A stretch of 61,289 bases of DNA, the filler included. It is 9 parts of 9 records of this genome, joined end to end, with 100 filler letters (N's around TTAATTAATTAA, not from the genome) between each part and the next. Parts side by side here need not be neighbours in the genome. Positions count along the whole stretch, not along the records: positions 30,379 to 37,931 come from SRR31147125_86876; positions 38,032 to 43,210 come from SRR31147125_87019; 7 more parts are not named here. One strand, written 5' to 3'. Within the stretch, counting starts at the first letter, position 1. Every line of letters begins with the position of its first letter. Made by a program: the position numbers and the translations under genes. Positions 30,436 through 42,218 of the stretch are shown one piece after another. Under the pieces are notes generated by a model. It did not search any database. It saw nothing but the letters and a program-made list of their open reading frames with translations, and had not been told where the DNA came from.

Positions 30436-33400
30436 ATGATCGGATCACACAGTTCAATGATCATCCGTTTACTGCTTGTTTTCATCTCTTTTTCAGAAGT
30501 GTTCGCGCTCCCCCCCATGGCCCGATCTTCGGAAATGAGACCGGATCTGAAATTCGACCATGCCTTCGATCTGGGGGTACCGTGCCAGCAGACCATGGTT
30601 CAGGACAGGGACGGATTCCTCTGGATCGGTTCCGAAGGAGGCGGGCTGTTCAGGTGGGATGGATATGACCTGAAAAACTACGGCAAGGGCCCCGGATTAC
30701 TCTCAAGCGGGACCACCTTTGATATTCTTCCGGACAGTGAAAACCCGGATATTTTCTGGATCGCCACAGGAGACGGACTGAACCGCTTCGATAAGTCCAC
30801 CGGAACCGCCGTCTGGTTTACACATGACCCGGATGATCCTGAAAGCCTGGGAGAAAATACCACCTTTGATATTGTACAGGATGGAAATGATTCGTCTATA
30901 TTGTGGATCGGAACATTGAATGGTTTTAACAGATTCGACAAACGCACCGGAAAATTCAGACGATATGAACCGGATCCGAAAAATCCCAATACGGTGAATT
31001 TTCCCGAAGTGTGGCGATTGATCGAAGACCGGACGGATTCGAACATCCTGTGGCTGGGAACCTACGGGGGAGGGCTGGATCGGTTTGAAAAAGAGACGGA
31101 AACATTCACCCATTATCTCCATGATCCGTCGAATGCCGCCTCATACGGTGACAAGCAGAACCGTATCTGGTCCCTTGTCCATGACAGGGACGATCCCGGC
31201 ATCCTCTGGGTGGGACTTCCCGGAGGGGGCATCGACAAATTCGATACCCGAACCGGCAGCTTCACCCATTATCTCCATGATCCATCTGATCCATCATCCA
31301 TTCCGGGAAACATGGGCGCCTTGATTATGGATGCCGGTGACGGATATCTTTGGATCGGGGGGTGGTACGGCAACGGGTTGACCCTGTTCGACAAAAAACA
31401 TGAGCTTTTTTTCCACTATACCCATGATCCGGAGGATCCCTTCAGCCTGGGAGACAATGCGGTGAACAATGTATTTAGAGACCGGTCAGGCATTTTTTGG
31501 ATACTGACCGTATCCGGCAGGGTGGATAAAATTGATCGGCTGAGTCAGAATTTCACTCTGTATACAAAAAACAGATGTAATCCCCATGCGCCAAAAAGTC
31601 TGAGCAACAGCGTGGTCACGGCAATGGAGGAAGACACATTGGGAAATCTATGGATCGGCACTCAGCACGGCTTGAACTATCTGGATCGAAAAACCGATAA
31701 ATTTACACATTCCCCCCGGAGGTCTTCGGTTTTCAATGGAGAAGATGTCGACAATATTCTTTGCATCTTGGAAGATGGCAACGCTCTCTGGATATCCACC
31801 CACATCGGTCCATTGGTGAAGTACGATCATAAAACCAAACGCTTTATCCGCAGGTTTGATCCCCAAAACGGTGCGGACAGCTTCACGGACATTGCTCAGG
31901 ACCCTCAAAATCCCGACATTCTGTGGCTTGGAACCCGGAATGCCGGATTGGCAAAGCTGGACAAAGCGTCTGAAACCGTCTCATATTATCCTCCGGTCCC
32001 GGATCAGGGAAACAAAGGACCGGTCAACGGCTATATTTATGAAGTGTTTCACGATTGTAGGGAGGATTTTCTCTGGCTCGGCATCTTCCTGGGCGGCAGA
32101 GGGCTGGACCGGTTTGACAAAAAGAGGGAAACCTTTACCCATTATCGCCCGGATTCCGGCAATCCCCACAGCATTTCCAGTAAAAATATCGCAGCGATCC
32201 ACCAGGATGACAACGGATTTCTATGGATTGGAACCATGGGAGGCGGCCTGGAAAAATTTGACCAAAAGCGTGAGCGATTCATCCATTTTACAGAAAAAAA
32301 CGGCATCCCCTCCGATGTGGTCTCCATTCTCGAAGATGATCAAGGCAGACTCTGGCTGGGAACAAATCAGGGAATTGTCCTCTTTAATCCCGAAACCGGA
32401 AAAGCGGAAAAAACATACACCCGGGCCGACGGGCTCCAAGGGGATGTATTTCTGCCGGGAAGCGCACTGAAAACCACGGACGGAGAGATGTGGTTCGGCG
32501 GCACCGGTGGGGTCAGCCGCTTTCATCCGGCCCGTCTATTGGAAAATCCCCATCCGCCACCGGTGGTGTTAACCTCCTTGACCCAGGGAGGCGTCCCCAT
32601 CACCCAAAAGCTTCCCGAGCGAATCCGCCGCATTCGACTGGATTGGCGCCACAATTACTTTGAGTTTGAATATGCAGCCCTCAACTTTACAAATTCAGCC
32701 AAAAACCGTTATAAATATATGCTCCAAGGGCTGGAAAAAACATGGTATGATGCAGGAACCGAAAGAAAGGGTCGGTATGCTGGCCTTGCCGGCGGAAATT
32801 ACACCCTTCGGATTATCGGGTCCAACAACGACGGCGTGTGGAACAATCAAGGCGTTTCTCTTGAGATCACGGTGTCGCCCCCTTTCTGGAATGCCCTCTG
32901 GTTCAAGCTGGGTGTCGTCGCTTCTCTTATCGGGGGAATTTTCTTGATTTTCGCCTGGCGTCTGAAAAGCGGTGAAATGCGCAGACAGGAACTTGAAACC
33001 CAGGTGCTTAGAAGAACCCGGGAGCTGGCGGAGTCAAACCGACAGCTGGAGAGGGCCGGGCAGCTGGCCCGGGATGCCAAGGAAAAGGCGGAGGTTGCCA
33101 ACCAGGCAAAAAGTATATTTCTGGCCGGTATGAGCCATGAACTTCGAACACCGTTGAACGGCATTCTGGGATTTGCCCGGATTCTTCGGCGGGAAAGCGG
33201 GCAAACCTCTCTTCAAAAAGACGGCCTGGACATCATCCATCAATCCGGTACCCATCTTCTGACACTCATCAACGATATTCTCGATTTTTCCCGTGTTGAA
33301 GCCGGAAAACTGGAACTCTATCCCGGAGAGATCCGCTTTCCTTCTTTTCTGGAGGGAATCGCAGGAATAATCCGAATGCGGGCTCTGGAAAAAGCGGTTC

Positions 33401-34533
33401 GGTTTCTGTATGACGCCGACAGGAATTTACCGATCAATATTGAGGCCGATGAGAAAAGACTCCGCCAGATTCTTCTCAATCTGTTGGGAAATGCGGTAAA
33501 ATTTACCGATAAAGGTCAGGTGACCTTCCGGGTTCGCACGGAAATGCCAAAACCGCTTGATGTGGAGGGTGGAAAACAACGGAGCGCCGAGAAATGCGTC
33601 CGAATTATCTTTGAAATCGAGGATACCGGTGTCGGTATGACACCGGCGCAGATGAAAACTATTTTTCTTCCCTTTGAACAGGTGGGGGATACAAAACGAC
33701 GGTATGAAGGTACCGGCCTCGGCCTTTCCATCAGTCGCCAGCTTGCCGAACTTATGGGCGGCTCCATTGACGTGTGGAGTGATGCCGGAAAAGGAAGCCG
33801 TTTTTCTTTTCAATCGACATTTCCGCTGTTGGAAGCAGTCACGGCTTCTATCGAAACCGGGATTTCCCAAATTTCAGGCTACCGTGGGAAGCGGCGAACC
33901 ATACTTGTTGTTGACGACAAACTGGATAATCGAGCCGTGATGGTCAACCTGCTGGTACCCCTCGGTTTTTCAGTGGAGACCGCTGAAAACGGTGCCGTCG
34001 GCGTTGAAAAAACCCGTGAAATCGGTCCGGACATCATCTTTATGGATTTGATCATGCCGGTGAAAACCGGCATTGAAGCGGCGCAGGAGATCCGGAAAAT
34101 TCCGGAGATAAAGGAAATACCCATCGTTGCTATTACAGCCAGTGTTTTTGAGGAAGACAAGGAAAAAAGCCTGTATGCCGGTTGTAATGCCTTCTTGCCC
34201 AAACCCGTTGAAGAAGATAAGCTCTTCAAACTACTTGGGGCTCTTCTGGAATTGGAATGGATATATGCCGACACCCCACCGGAAACCGTCGCAAAGTCAA
34301 GCGAAAAAACAAAGACGACAGACGTGATTCCCCCTTCAAAGGAAAAACTGAAAATCCTACACGATCTGGCCATGTTCGGAAGCATGAAACGGATCCATGA
34401 ACAGGCGCTGCAGCTGAAAGACGAAGACGAAAAATTCACTCCCTTTGCAGACATCTTGATCGCATTTGCTGCAAACTATGATGAAGAAGAGATCCTTACT
34501 TTTATCACAACGCATTTGGAGCAGGAAAAATGA
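30436..34533 (+). CDS. Hybrid sensor histidine kinase with periplasmic beta-propeller (Reg_prop) and Y_Y_Y domains
   Basis: Repeated LWIGT/GL.RFD blades, Y.Y.L.G..W, TM helix, [12 protein letters not shown]1/F/G2 boxes, receiver domain. Confidence 0.93.
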   Translation: MIGSHSSMIIRLLLVFISFSEVFALPPMARSSEMRPDLKFDHAFDLGVPCQQTMVQDRDGFLWIGSEGGGLFRWDGYDLKNYGKGPGLLSSGTTFDILPDSENPDIFWIATGDGLNRFDKSTGTAVWFTHDPDDPESLGENTTFDIVQDGNDSSILWIGTLNGFNRFDKRTGKFRRYEPDPKNPNTVNFPEVWRLIEDRTDSNILWLGTYGGGLDRFEKETETFTHYLHDPSNAASYGDKQNRIWSLVHDRDDPGILWVGLPGGGIDKFDTRTGSFTHYLHDPSDPSSIPGNMGALIMDAGDGYLWIGGWYGNGLTLFDKKHELFFHYTHDPEDPFSLGDNAVNNVFRDRSGIFWILTVSGRVDKIDRLSQNFTLYTKNRCNPHAPKSLSNSVVTAMEEDTLGNLWIGTQHGLNYLDRKTDKFTHSPRRSSVFNGEDVDNILCILEDGNALWISTHIGPLVKYDHKTKRFIRRFDPQNGADSFTDIAQDPQNPDILWLGTRNAGLAKLDKASETVSYYPPVPDQGNKGPVNGYIYEVFHDCREDFLWLGIFLGGRGLDRFDKKRETFTHYRPDSGNPHSISSKNIAAIHQDDNGFLWIGTMGGGLEKFDQKRERFIHFTEKNGIPSDVVSILEDDQGRLWLGTNQGIVLFNPETGKAEKTYTRADGLQGDVFLPGSALKTTDGEMWFGGTGGVSRFHPARLLENPHPPPVVLTSLTQGGVPITQKLPERIRRIRLDWRHNYFEFEYAALNFTNSAKNRYKYMLQGLEKTWYDAGTERKGRYAGLAGGNYTLRIIGSNNDGVWNNQGVSLEITVSPPFWNALWFKLGVVASLIGGIFLIFAWRLKSGEMRRQELETQVLRRTRELAESNRQLERAGQLARDAKEKAEVANQAKSIFLAGMSHELRTPLNGILGFARILRRESGQTSLQKDGLDIIHQSGTHLLTLINDILDFSRVEAGKLELYPGEIRFPSFLEGIAGIIRMRALEKAVRFLYDADRNLPINIEADEKRLRQILLNLLGNAVKFTDKGQVTFRVRTEMPKPLDVEGGKQRSAEKCVRIIFEIEDTGVGMTPAQMKTIFLPFEQVGDTKRRYEGTGLGLSISRQLAELMGGSIDVWSDAGKGSRFSFQSTFPLLEAVTASIETGISQISGYRGKRRTILVVDDKLDNRAVMVNLLVPLGFSVETAENGAVGVEKTREIGPDIIFMDLIMPVKTGIEAAQEIRKIPEIKEIPIVAITASVFEEDKEKSLYAGCNAFLPKPVEEDKLFKLLGALLELEWIYADTPPETVAKSSEKTKTTDVIPPSKEKLKILHDLAMFGSMKRIHEQALQLKDEDEKFTPFADILIAFAANYDEEEILTFITTHLEQEK

Positions 34534-36299
34534 GTGACCCGAAACCGCATGTGATCCTGATCATTGATGATAATCCAGTTAATATCAAGGTCATCATTGA
34601 ATATCTGGAAGCCTTCGACTATGAGTTGATCGTGGCACGGACCGGCAAAAGAGGGGTCAAACGGGCCGCTTTTTCCAAGCCGGACCTGATTCTTCTGGAT
34701 GTGCTGATGCCCGATATGGATGGTTTCGAAACCTGTAAACAACTGAAGGCGGACCAATCGACACGGGAAATTCCGGTGATCTTTATGACGGCACTGACCG
34801 ACACCCGTAACAAAGTAAAAGGGTTTACCGTCGGAGGTGTGGATTACATTACCAAACCGGTTCAGCCGGAAGAGGTGCTTGCCCGTGTCAACACCCATCT
34901 CTCCCTACGCCATCTGCGCAAAAAGACCCTGGAACAGAATGACCAATTGCAAAAGGAGATCTCTGAACGCAAAAACGCTGAAGCCGCTCTGCAACAAGCC
35001 CACGACCTTCTGGAGCAGCGTATAAAAGAGCGGACTGCGGAACTGTCCGAGACCAATGCGGTTTTGGAAAAGGAAATCATCCACCGCGATGCTGCGGAAA
35101 AAGCCCTGAAGAAAAAAGAACGAGAGCTTCGTCAAGCCCATAAAATGGAGGCGATGGGTACACTGGCAGGCGGAATTGCCCATGATTTCAACAATATCTT
35201 GTCGGCCATCATCGGATATACGGAGTTGAGCCTGGAGGAGATTCCCCGGAAAAACAAAGTCCATGACAATTTACGGCAAGTGCTCCGTGCGGGACATCGT
35301 GCAGGAGAACTGGTGCACCAAATTCTGACCTTCAGCCGCCAAGCAGACCCAAAAATGAAACATGTGGATATCGAGACGATTATCGATGAAGCGTTGACAT
35401 TGCTCCGCGCCTCTATGCCTGCAACCATCCGTATTGACAAAAGGATTCACAGCCGAACTCGAATCTTTGCCGACCCCACGCAGATCTACCAGGTGATCAT
35501 GAATCTTTGCACCAATTCCGGCTATGCCATGAAAGAGAAGGGCGGCATCCTGACGATCCAAGTGACGGACATCTCCAGTGAAAAGGCGCTTTCCCAAGAC
35601 TTCTCCGAAATGGTACCCGGCACCTATCTGAAACTAACGGTTTCGGATACCGGGCACGGTATGCCTTCGGCAGTCCTGGAACGCATATTCGACCCTTTTT
35701 TCACCACCAAAAAAGCAGGGGACGGAACCGGCATGGGTCTTGCCGTTGTTTACGGCATTGTGAGGAGTTTGAACGGAAAAATCAGAGTGGACAGTACACC
35801 TGGAAAAGGAACGGTATTTGAGATTCTATTTCCCACTGTCGTCGCGGCACGTCGTCGTCCGAGCTCCGCCCCTGGAGGGCCCCTACCCACCGGTAGAGAA
35901 CGGATCCTTTTCGTGGATGATGAGCAGGTTCTTGTGGATGTAGGACAGGAAATGCTCTCCCGCTTGGGGTACCGGGTTACGGCACAAGTCGGGAGTGCTG
36001 CAGCCTTGAAACTATTTTATACCCGGCCTCAGGAATTTGATCTGCTGGTCACCGATTTGACCATGCCGGAAATGTCCGGCATTGAGCTTGCCCGCCGGGT
36101 TGCCGAAGTTCGACCCGATGTGCCATCCGTCATCTGCACCGGTTACGAAAGCCTGGAAGTTGAAGAGCAATTGAGTAGGGGGATGATCAAGGCTGTTATC
36201 CAAAAACCGATGAATATGAACGAACTGGCTCAAACAGTCCGGCAGGTTCTGGAGACGACACGGAAAGAGCAACAAATCAATCTTGATCAAATTAAATGA
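34530..36299 (+). CDS. REC-HisKA-HATPase-REC hybrid kinase/response regulator
   Basis: [31 protein letters not shown]-terminal receiver; ATGA overlap with the upstream gene. Confidence 0.93.
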   Translation: MSDPKPHVILIIDDNPVNIKVIIEYLEAFDYELIVARTGKRGVKRAAFSKPDLILLDVLMPDMDGFETCKQLKADQSTREIPVIFMTALTDTRNKVKGFTVGGVDYITKPVQPEEVLARVNTHLSLRHLRKKTLEQNDQLQKEISERKNAEAALQQAHDLLEQRIKERTAELSETNAVLEKEIIHRDAAEKALKKKERELRQAHKMEAMGTLAGGIAHDFNNILSAIIGYTELSLEEIPRKNKVHDNLRQVLRAGHRAGELVHQILTFSRQADPKMKHVDIETIIDEALTLLRASMPATIRIDKRIHSRTRIFADPTQIYQVIMNLCTNSGYAMKEKGGILTIQVTDISSEKALSQDFSEMVPGTYLKLTVSDTGHGMPSAVLERIFDPFFTTKKAGDGTGMGLAVVYGIVRSLNGKIRVDSTPGKGTVFEILFPTVVAARRRPSSAPGGPLPTGRERILFVDDEQVLVDVGQEMLSRLGYRVTAQVGSAAALKLFYTRPQEFDLLVTDLTMPEMSGIELARRVAEVRPDVPSVICTGYESLEVEEQLSRGMIKAVIQKPMNMNELAQTVRQVLETTRKEQQINLDQIK

Positions 36300-36347
36300 A
36301 TCTTCGCTCTCTTTTAAGAGAGCATACCGGAACCTCGGATCCATTTC

Positions 36348-36389
36348 CTCCCCCTTCTCATCTCCATTCATGGGGATGAGAAGGGGGAG
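36348..36389. terminator. Long hairpin between convergent genes
   Basis: CTCCCCCTTCTCATCTCCAT-TC-ATGGGGATGAGAAGGGGGAG, a 20-bp stem with one G-U pair. Confidence 0.6.
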
Positions 36390-36435
36390 AAGTGAAAAAA
36401 ACGGGGGATCGATAATTCAGCCGCCCTGCATGATG

Positions 36436-36996
36436 TCACTCATACGAAAATAGATGGGCATCCAATACATCCTTCATTGCCGGATGCACCAAATCCTTTT
36501 CAGAGACCAAAGGCACATCCACCTGCCAGTCGATATTTAAATCCCCATCATTGTAGATAATCCCGTACTCATCGCCGGGAGCATAGAAGTCAGAACATTT
36601 GTAGGTGACATCGGCAATGTCACTGAGGACGGAAAAGCCATGGGCAAATCCTTTGGAAACAAAGAGTTGCCGCCGATTTTCTTCGGATAAAATGCACCCC
36701 GTCCATTTGCCGAATGTGGGGGAACCTTTCCGAATGTCTACGGCCACATCGAAGATGGTCCCCCTCACCGCATAAACCAACTTATCCTGGGCATTTTCCA
36801 ACTGATAGTGAAGCCCTCGAATCACCCCTTTTTCAGACCGGGAATGATTGTCCTGAACAAAATCAACCTTAATCCCCCCTGCCATGTATCGCTCTTTTTG
36901 ATAGCTCTCCAGAAAAAAGCCCCGAGAATCCCCGAAAACATCAGGCTCGGCAATGATTACCCCTTCCAGTTCCGTTTCAATAAATCGTGTTCCCAT
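36436..36996 (-). CDS. rfbC: dTDP-4-dehydrorhamnose 3,5-epimerase
   Basis: DSRGFFLE, FVQDNHS.S, RGLHYQ, DVAVDIR.GSPTFG, GFAHGF. Confidence 0.96.
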   Translation of the reverse strand: MGTRFIETELEGVIIAEPDVFGDSRGFFLESYQKERYMAGGIKVDFVQDNHSRSEKGVIRGLHYQLENAQDKLVYAVRGTIFDVAVDIRKGSPTFGKWTGCILSEENRRQLFVSKGFAHGFSVLSDIADVTYKCSDFYAPGDEYGIIYNDGDLNIDWQVDVPLVSEKDLVHPAMKDVLDAHLFSYE

Positions 36997-36998
36997 GA

Positions 36999-37891
36999 TC
37001 AGCCGGCTAAACTCCCAAAATCATTTTCATCTTTAATCAATCCCATCAAATATTGTCCATAATCATTTTTCAGCATATCAGCGGCCAATTTTTCCAGTTG
37101 CTCAGGGGGAATATAGCCCAACCGAAAAGCGATCTCTTCGATACAGGCAACCTTCATCCCCTGGCGGTTTTGGACTGCCTGAACATAGGCTGATGCTTGC
37201 TGAAGTGCCTCATGGGTACCGGTATCCAACCAGGCAAACCCTCTGCCCAAAAGCTCCACCCGGAGTTCCCCTCTTTTGAGATATTCGTTGTTGACATCGG
37301 TGATCTCAAGCTCCCCCTGTCGGACGGCTGCAGGTTCTCTGAGATTGCCACCACTTCATTGTCATAAATATAGAGGCCGGGAACGGCATATTGTGATTTG
37401 GGTTTTTCAGGCTTTTCTTCGATGCCCATGACCCTCCCATCGGTATCAAACTCAACAACCCCGTATCGCTCGGGATCTCTCACCGGATAACCGAAAATCA
37501 GACCGCCTTTCTTCATGGAGACGGCATTTTTCAAAACGCTTTGCAAGCTGTTACCGTAAAAAATATTATCCCCGAGAATCAAGGTCACACTCTCATCTCC
37601 GATAAACTCTTTGCCCAATACAAACGCCTGGGCAATCCCTGCGGGTGTCGGCTGCACTTTGTAGCTGAAATTGAGCCCAAAATCTTTACCATCACCCAGC
37701 AATTCCTGAAATCTGGGGAGATCCACCGGAGTGGAGATGATCATAATATCCCGGATTCCGGCCAGCATCAGCACTGAAAGCGGATAGTAAATCATGGGTT
37801 TATCATAAACCGGTACCAGTTGCTTACTGACAGCCTTTGTAATGGGATAGAGCCGTGTTCCCGATCCCCCTGCCAGAATGATTCCTTTCAT
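36999..37891 (-). CDS. rfbA: Glucose-1-phosphate thymidylyltransferase (frameshift at 37313-37317)
   Basis: [25 protein letters not shown]; one extra G restores [21 protein letters not shown]. Confidence 0.95.
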
Positions 37892-37931
37892 AGACCCTCC
37901 AAGTGGTCGTTCAAGATTTGCCTGTCGGGTA

Positions 37932-38031
37932 NNNNNNNNNNNNNNNNNNNNNNNNNNNNNNNNNNNNNNNNNNNNTTAATTAATTAANNNNNNNNNNNNN
38001 NNNNNNNNNNNNNNNNNNNNNNNNNNNNNNN
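37932..38031. other. Artificial contig linker
   Basis: N44-TTAATTAATTAA-N44. Confidence 0.99.
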
Positions 38032-39011
38032 CCCCCGGCCCGGTTCACATCTTCCATGTGAAAACTGGAACTCGGTGAGACTTTGCAGAGATTTGGTACT
38101 TTTCGGGAAAGTGCGTCGATGTCTTTCATTTTAAAGTCGACTTCACCCTCGTTAGCAATAGCAAGAATGTGTAATACGGTGTTGGTCGAACCTCCCATGG
38201 CGATGTCCAGTGCCATAGCGTTCGTAAAAGTTGCTTTCGTACAGATTGAGCGCGGTAGAACGCTGTCGTCACCTTCTGCATAAAATGTATTGCACATTGC
38301 CACGATTCGATCTGCTGAGGCACGAAGCATTTCGTTTCTTGCCGAATGGGTTGCCACTACAGTTCCATTTCCTGGTAGTGCCAGTCCGAGTGCCTCTGCA
38401 AGGCAGTTCATTGAGTTTGCTGTAAACATACCGGAGCAGGAACCGCATGTCGGGCATGCTGATTGTTCAATTTCTGCAATTTCGTCGTCGGTAATTTTTG
38501 AGTCTGCTGCCATAACCATTGCATCTACAAGGTCGAGGCTTTTACCTCCCATATCTCCTGCTTCCATTGGTCCGCCTGAAACAAAAATTGCTGGAATATT
38601 TAACCTCATGGCAGCCATAAGCATTCCGGGAGTGATTTTGTCGCAATTAGATATACAGACCATTGCATCCACCTGATGAGCGTTACACATGTATTCAACG
38701 GAGTCTGCAATCAATTCCCTCGATGGCAGGCTGTATAGCATTCCGTCATGTCCCATGGCGATACCGTCATCGATAGCAATCGTATTGAATTCGGCAGCAA
38801 AACAGCCATGTTCTTCAATGTGTTTCTTTACTGTCTGCCCGGATTGGTGGAGATGCATATGTCCCGGAACAAACTGGGTGAATGAGTTGACTACCGCAAT
38901 CACCGGTTTACCGAAATGCTTCTCTTTCATACCGTTAGCTCTCCAGAGGGAACGTGCTCCGGCCATCCGTCTGCCTACCGTTGTTGTGTCGCTTCTCAGT
39001 TCGTTTTTCAT
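38032..39011 (-). CDS. ilvD: Dihydroxy-acid dehydratase, 3'-truncated
   Basis: [59 protein letters not shown]. Confidence 0.95.
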
Positions 39012-39093
39012 TGCTTATCCTTTTGTCTGAATCATTGCTAGTGAGAAATAAAGTGGTTCTTTTGCTCCTTACTGCATTGACCGGTAATTCTCT

Positions 39094-39789
39094 TTATATA
39101 TGTTTTGATCTGTCTTTTATCTCTCTCATTGCGGCGAGGGCGTCCTCTTGTGCTTCATGAATATGGGAACGCATTACTTGCTCGCAGAGGAATTGATCAC
39201 CAATCTCCAGGGCAAGCAATATTTTTTTATGTCCTGCTATACTTCTTTTTATACCTTTCTGGTGAACGAGGGTGTTTTTGCGATACCTGAGCGTATATTC
39301 TCTCATATCTTCGATCAGACTATAGAGCCGTGGCTTCTGGTCAGCCAGAACACTGTACAACAGGTCATGAAATTGCGTATTATAATCGAAAATTGATTCA
39401 AACTGTCCTGACAGGAATTCCTGTTCAGCCTGTCGCACTATTTTTTTGAGCGACTGTAATATGGTTTCAGGGACATTCAAGCTGATTGCAGACAGTGCAT
39501 GTCCTTCCATGATGGCGCGGATTTCAAACAGTTCGTTTATGTCATCCAGGGATTCTTCAGGTACGCGGTAACCGCGTTTTCCTGTCGGTTCGACCAGTCC
39601 TTCGAGTTCTAGTTTGTGAAGTGCCTCTCTGACCGGGGTTCTGCTTACACCAAGTTCTTTGGCTAGAGACTCTTCAGTTAATCGCTGGTTCGAGCTGAAG
39701 TAGCCAATAAGCAGTTTGGTCCGCAGCAGCTTGTATGTCTGGTCTCTGACGAATAATCTGGTTTGACTATGTTTGATTTTTGCCACCAT
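39094..39789 (-). CDS. GntR-family (FCD) transcriptional regulator
   Basis: LTEESLAKELGVSRTPVREAL..LE.EGLV; FCD residues N..FH, H..I, H. Confidence 0.94.
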   Translation of the reverse strand: MVAKIKHSQTRLFVRDQTYKLLRTKLLIGYFSSNQRLTEESLAKELGVSRTPVREALHKLELEGLVEPTGKRGYRVPEESLDDINELFEIRAIMEGHALSAISLNVPETILQSLKKIVRQAEQEFLSGQFESIFDYNTQFHDLLYSVLADQKPRLYSLIEDMREYTLRYRKNTLVHQKGIKRSIAGHKKILLALEIGDQFLCEQVMRSHIHEAQEDALAAMREIKDRSKHI

Positions 39790-39813
39790 TTAGTATCCAG
39801 TTTTAGGATTTAC

Positions 39814-40009
39814 TGTATCCAATAATCGATATTGGCTTGTTGGTAGTTCGCTGCAGTATATTTGCTTGATCGAGAATGTCAAACGATTAAAAAACAAATA
39901 AAAACAATGCTTAAATATGTTATATCCGGACCTGTCGAGAGGTGTTCATCGTTTTTCGTGTAGATACGGAGTCTTTCTGTTGTTGTTATTGTTTCTCTTA
40001 TTGGATACA
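39814..40009. promoter_or_regulatory. Pair of identical 12-bp motifs in inverted orientation, candidate GntR operators
   Basis: TGTATCCAATAA (39814-39825) and TTATTGGATACA (39998-40009), each just upstream of one of the divergent genes. Confidence 0.45.
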
Positions 40010-40072
40010 TTGGGCGCTAGCTGATTGCCAAATCGCATACCGTGTCTTTGAAACCTCCAAAAGGAAAAGATA

Positions 40073-40891
40073 ATGAAGATTTCCAAAGAAAAATGTGTTG
40101 GATGCGCTAACTGTGTGCCTGTCTGTCCCGTTGGTGCTATCTACATAGGAGATGATGGCCTGTCCGAGATCAATTCCGAGACCTGTGTTGAATGTCATAA
40201 TTGTTACAGAAGCTTGAGCTGCGAACATTTATCACCCGGCATCACCCGGTTTGTCCGAAAAATTCTAAAAAAAATGAGTTTACGTTTCCAGCCCGATGTT
40301 GATGTTTGTCCGACTGAAGCGATAACGCCTGAAGAATTGGCGTGGCCTCGTATTGTCAGGCGTGCCTTCAGTGACCCGATGGTCACGCATGAATCGACGG
40401 GGGTGCATGGCAGGGGCACCGAAGAGGTGAAAACAAATGACGTCAGTGGCAGGATTAAAAGAGGAGATGTCGGTATTGTTGTAGAATTCGGACGCCCTGG
40501 AGTAGGAGTTTATTTTCGAGAGGTGCAGAAGGCGACCCGTGCACTTGCCGGTGCCGGCATTGAGTTTGAAAAGGGAAATCCGGTCACGGAGATGATGACG
40601 GATACCACGACAGGGGATATTCGAGAGGATGTCCTCAACGAAAAAGTTCTGTCCTGCATCGTTGAAGTAACTGTGCCGCTGGGAGAGACGGGTGAGACAC
40701 TTTGCACGATAAAGGAGATCTGCAGGAATACGCAAACGGTTATCAGTCTCGGCGTTTCCACTGTTTGTGATGCGGATGGAACGGACCCGGTTAAAGATAT
40801 TCTGCAACAGGAAGGGTATGACATTGGCTGGGCCAAGTTGAATCTGGGCTTGGGGCGTGTTTCAAATTCTTCTCAAATTTCAGGGAGATGA
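40073..40891 (+). CDS. 2[4Fe-4S] ferredoxin-domain protein with an uncharacterised C-terminal domain
   Basis: CVGCANCVPVCP; CVECHNC..(about 34 aa)..CP; motifs GRGTEEVKTNDV.GR, EFGRPGVG, NLGLGR. Confidence 0.88.
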   Translation: MKISKEKCVGCANCVPVCPVGAIYIGDDGLSEINSETCVECHNCYRSLSCEHLSPGITRFVRKILKKMSLRFQPDVDVCPTEAITPEELAWPRIVRRAFSDPMVTHESTGVHGRGTEEVKTNDVSGRIKRGDVGIVVEFGRPGVGVYFREVQKATRALAGAGIEFEKGNPVTEMMTDTTTGDIREDVLNEKVLSCIVEVTVPLGETGETLCTIKEICRNTQTVISLGVSTVCDADGTDPVKDILQQEGYDIGWAKLNLGLGRVSNSSQISGR

Positions 40892-40895
40892 AGTG

Positions 40896-41576
40896 ATGAC
40901 GAATACATTGCACCGGCTCGGAACATCAGAAACGCTGAAAAATGATTTTATAGTTTTCGCCATGGCCGGAAAAGGATTTAATGACGAAGGAGCTCTTGAG
41001 AGGGCTCAGACCTTTTTAAGAACTGCGATAAAATATAATCCCATCAATATGGGCAATGCCCTGGTTAATTCCCTTTACCGGCCGGACGAAGACCTCTCGT
41101 TTATGAAGTTGTATTTTGTCGGTAGGCAGGAAAAAACTACATATGAAAAGTTGATTGATGAAATGCCCGGGCCCGGTACAGCGGCGGTTGTTTTTGACCA
41201 GTCTGAAGAGGTTGCAAAATTTATCAGGGAAGTGAAAAGTTTTGACCTTGGTCTTTCGATAAATATCAGTGCCATGATTGATGATACCAGAGATATCTGC
41301 GGAGAAGTTGACATAACTCCTCATGCTGTTGAATATACGCTCGGGTTTCATGGGGCCACCCAGAAGCTGCCTGATCATGACACGCTCTCAATATCAACGA
41401 TGTGCGGACACGGAATGGTATCTGCGAATTTTACAAGAAAGATGATGGACCGGGTAAAAGAAGGAAGGATGACGCCCAAAGAAGCAGCTTGCTGTATGTC
41501 GAAATTTTGCGTATGTGGGGTGTTTAATGCTTCCCGCGCAATGAAGATTTTGAAAAGGGTTGGGAAGGGAGAGTAG
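40896..41576 (+). CDS. Uncharacterised Cys-motif protein, partner of the upstream Fe-S protein
   Basis: ATG 4 nt after the upstream stop; MTNTLHR.G, TMCGHGMV, CCMSKFCVCGVFN. Confidence 0.85.
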   Translation: MTNTLHRLGTSETLKNDFIVFAMAGKGFNDEGALERAQTFLRTAIKYNPINMGNALVNSLYRPDEDLSFMKLYFVGRQEKTTYEKLIDEMPGPGTAAVVFDQSEEVAKFIREVKSFDLGLSINISAMIDDTRDICGEVDITPHAVEYTLGFHGATQKLPDHDTLSISTMCGHGMVSANFTRKMMDRVKEGRMTPKEAACCMSKFCVCGVFNASRAMKILKRVGKGE

Positions 41577-41931
41577 CAATCTGCTTTTTCCTCTCCGGAG
41601 AAGTGGCCTTTTGTGCAGTGCAAAAAAGAGTATAATTCCATGCTGCCTGACAAATATATGGATCAATAAGGCGATTTGGTTGACCGGGTGTGTCGCCCTT
41701 AAGAGTGGAGGGAGGTGATGAGATATAATTTTTTTTGTTGCATGCTCCTTAAGCCGTTCATCTTTGAAGCAATTGAAACAGTTTGTGTTGCATGCCTGAA
41801 ACATAACCTGTGCTGTTTTTATTGGGTCTGGATGAGAATGTTTTTCATGTATATAAAAAATTACCATTTATTAGGCATATATAGAATTTTTAAGGAAGCT
41901 TGTACAGAATGACATGATTGTGAGGTAGATT

Positions 41932-41947
41932 TGGTACAGGAGTTGCA
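41932..41947 (+). promoter_or_regulatory. Candidate sigma-54 (-24/-12) promoter
   Basis: TGGTAC-AGGAG-TTGCA (GG-N10-GC), upstream of the TTT gene. Confidence 0.6.
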
Positions 41948-42218
41948 TATCCTTGTAACGCTACGGTCTTTGGACGTGTGTAGTGTATACGATTGATTCC
42001 AACTGTACATTTGTAAGAGGGCAGACGGTCAGATAGAATTTTCTCATATTGTAAAATACTTGTTTACTACCTGAAAATATTATTAATACAAAGCGTTCTG
42101 GAGGTACGTCCAGGACAAACATGAAAATTAAAGTGAGGAGGGAAAAAAGAGATTGTAGCGGCAATATAAAAAACGATGAATGGTTACAGATTAAATGCAA
42201 CAGTTAAGAGGTGTATTT

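Noticed and set aside
30600..32520. Recurring TTCACCCATTATCTCCATGATCC-like nucleotide repeats as CRISPR or DGR repeats
   Set aside because: They are in-frame beta-propeller blade repeats of the sensor kinase
41715..42200. Short ORFs in the intergenic region before the TTT gene
   Set aside because: Low-complexity AT-rich translations without motifs; the region looks regulatory
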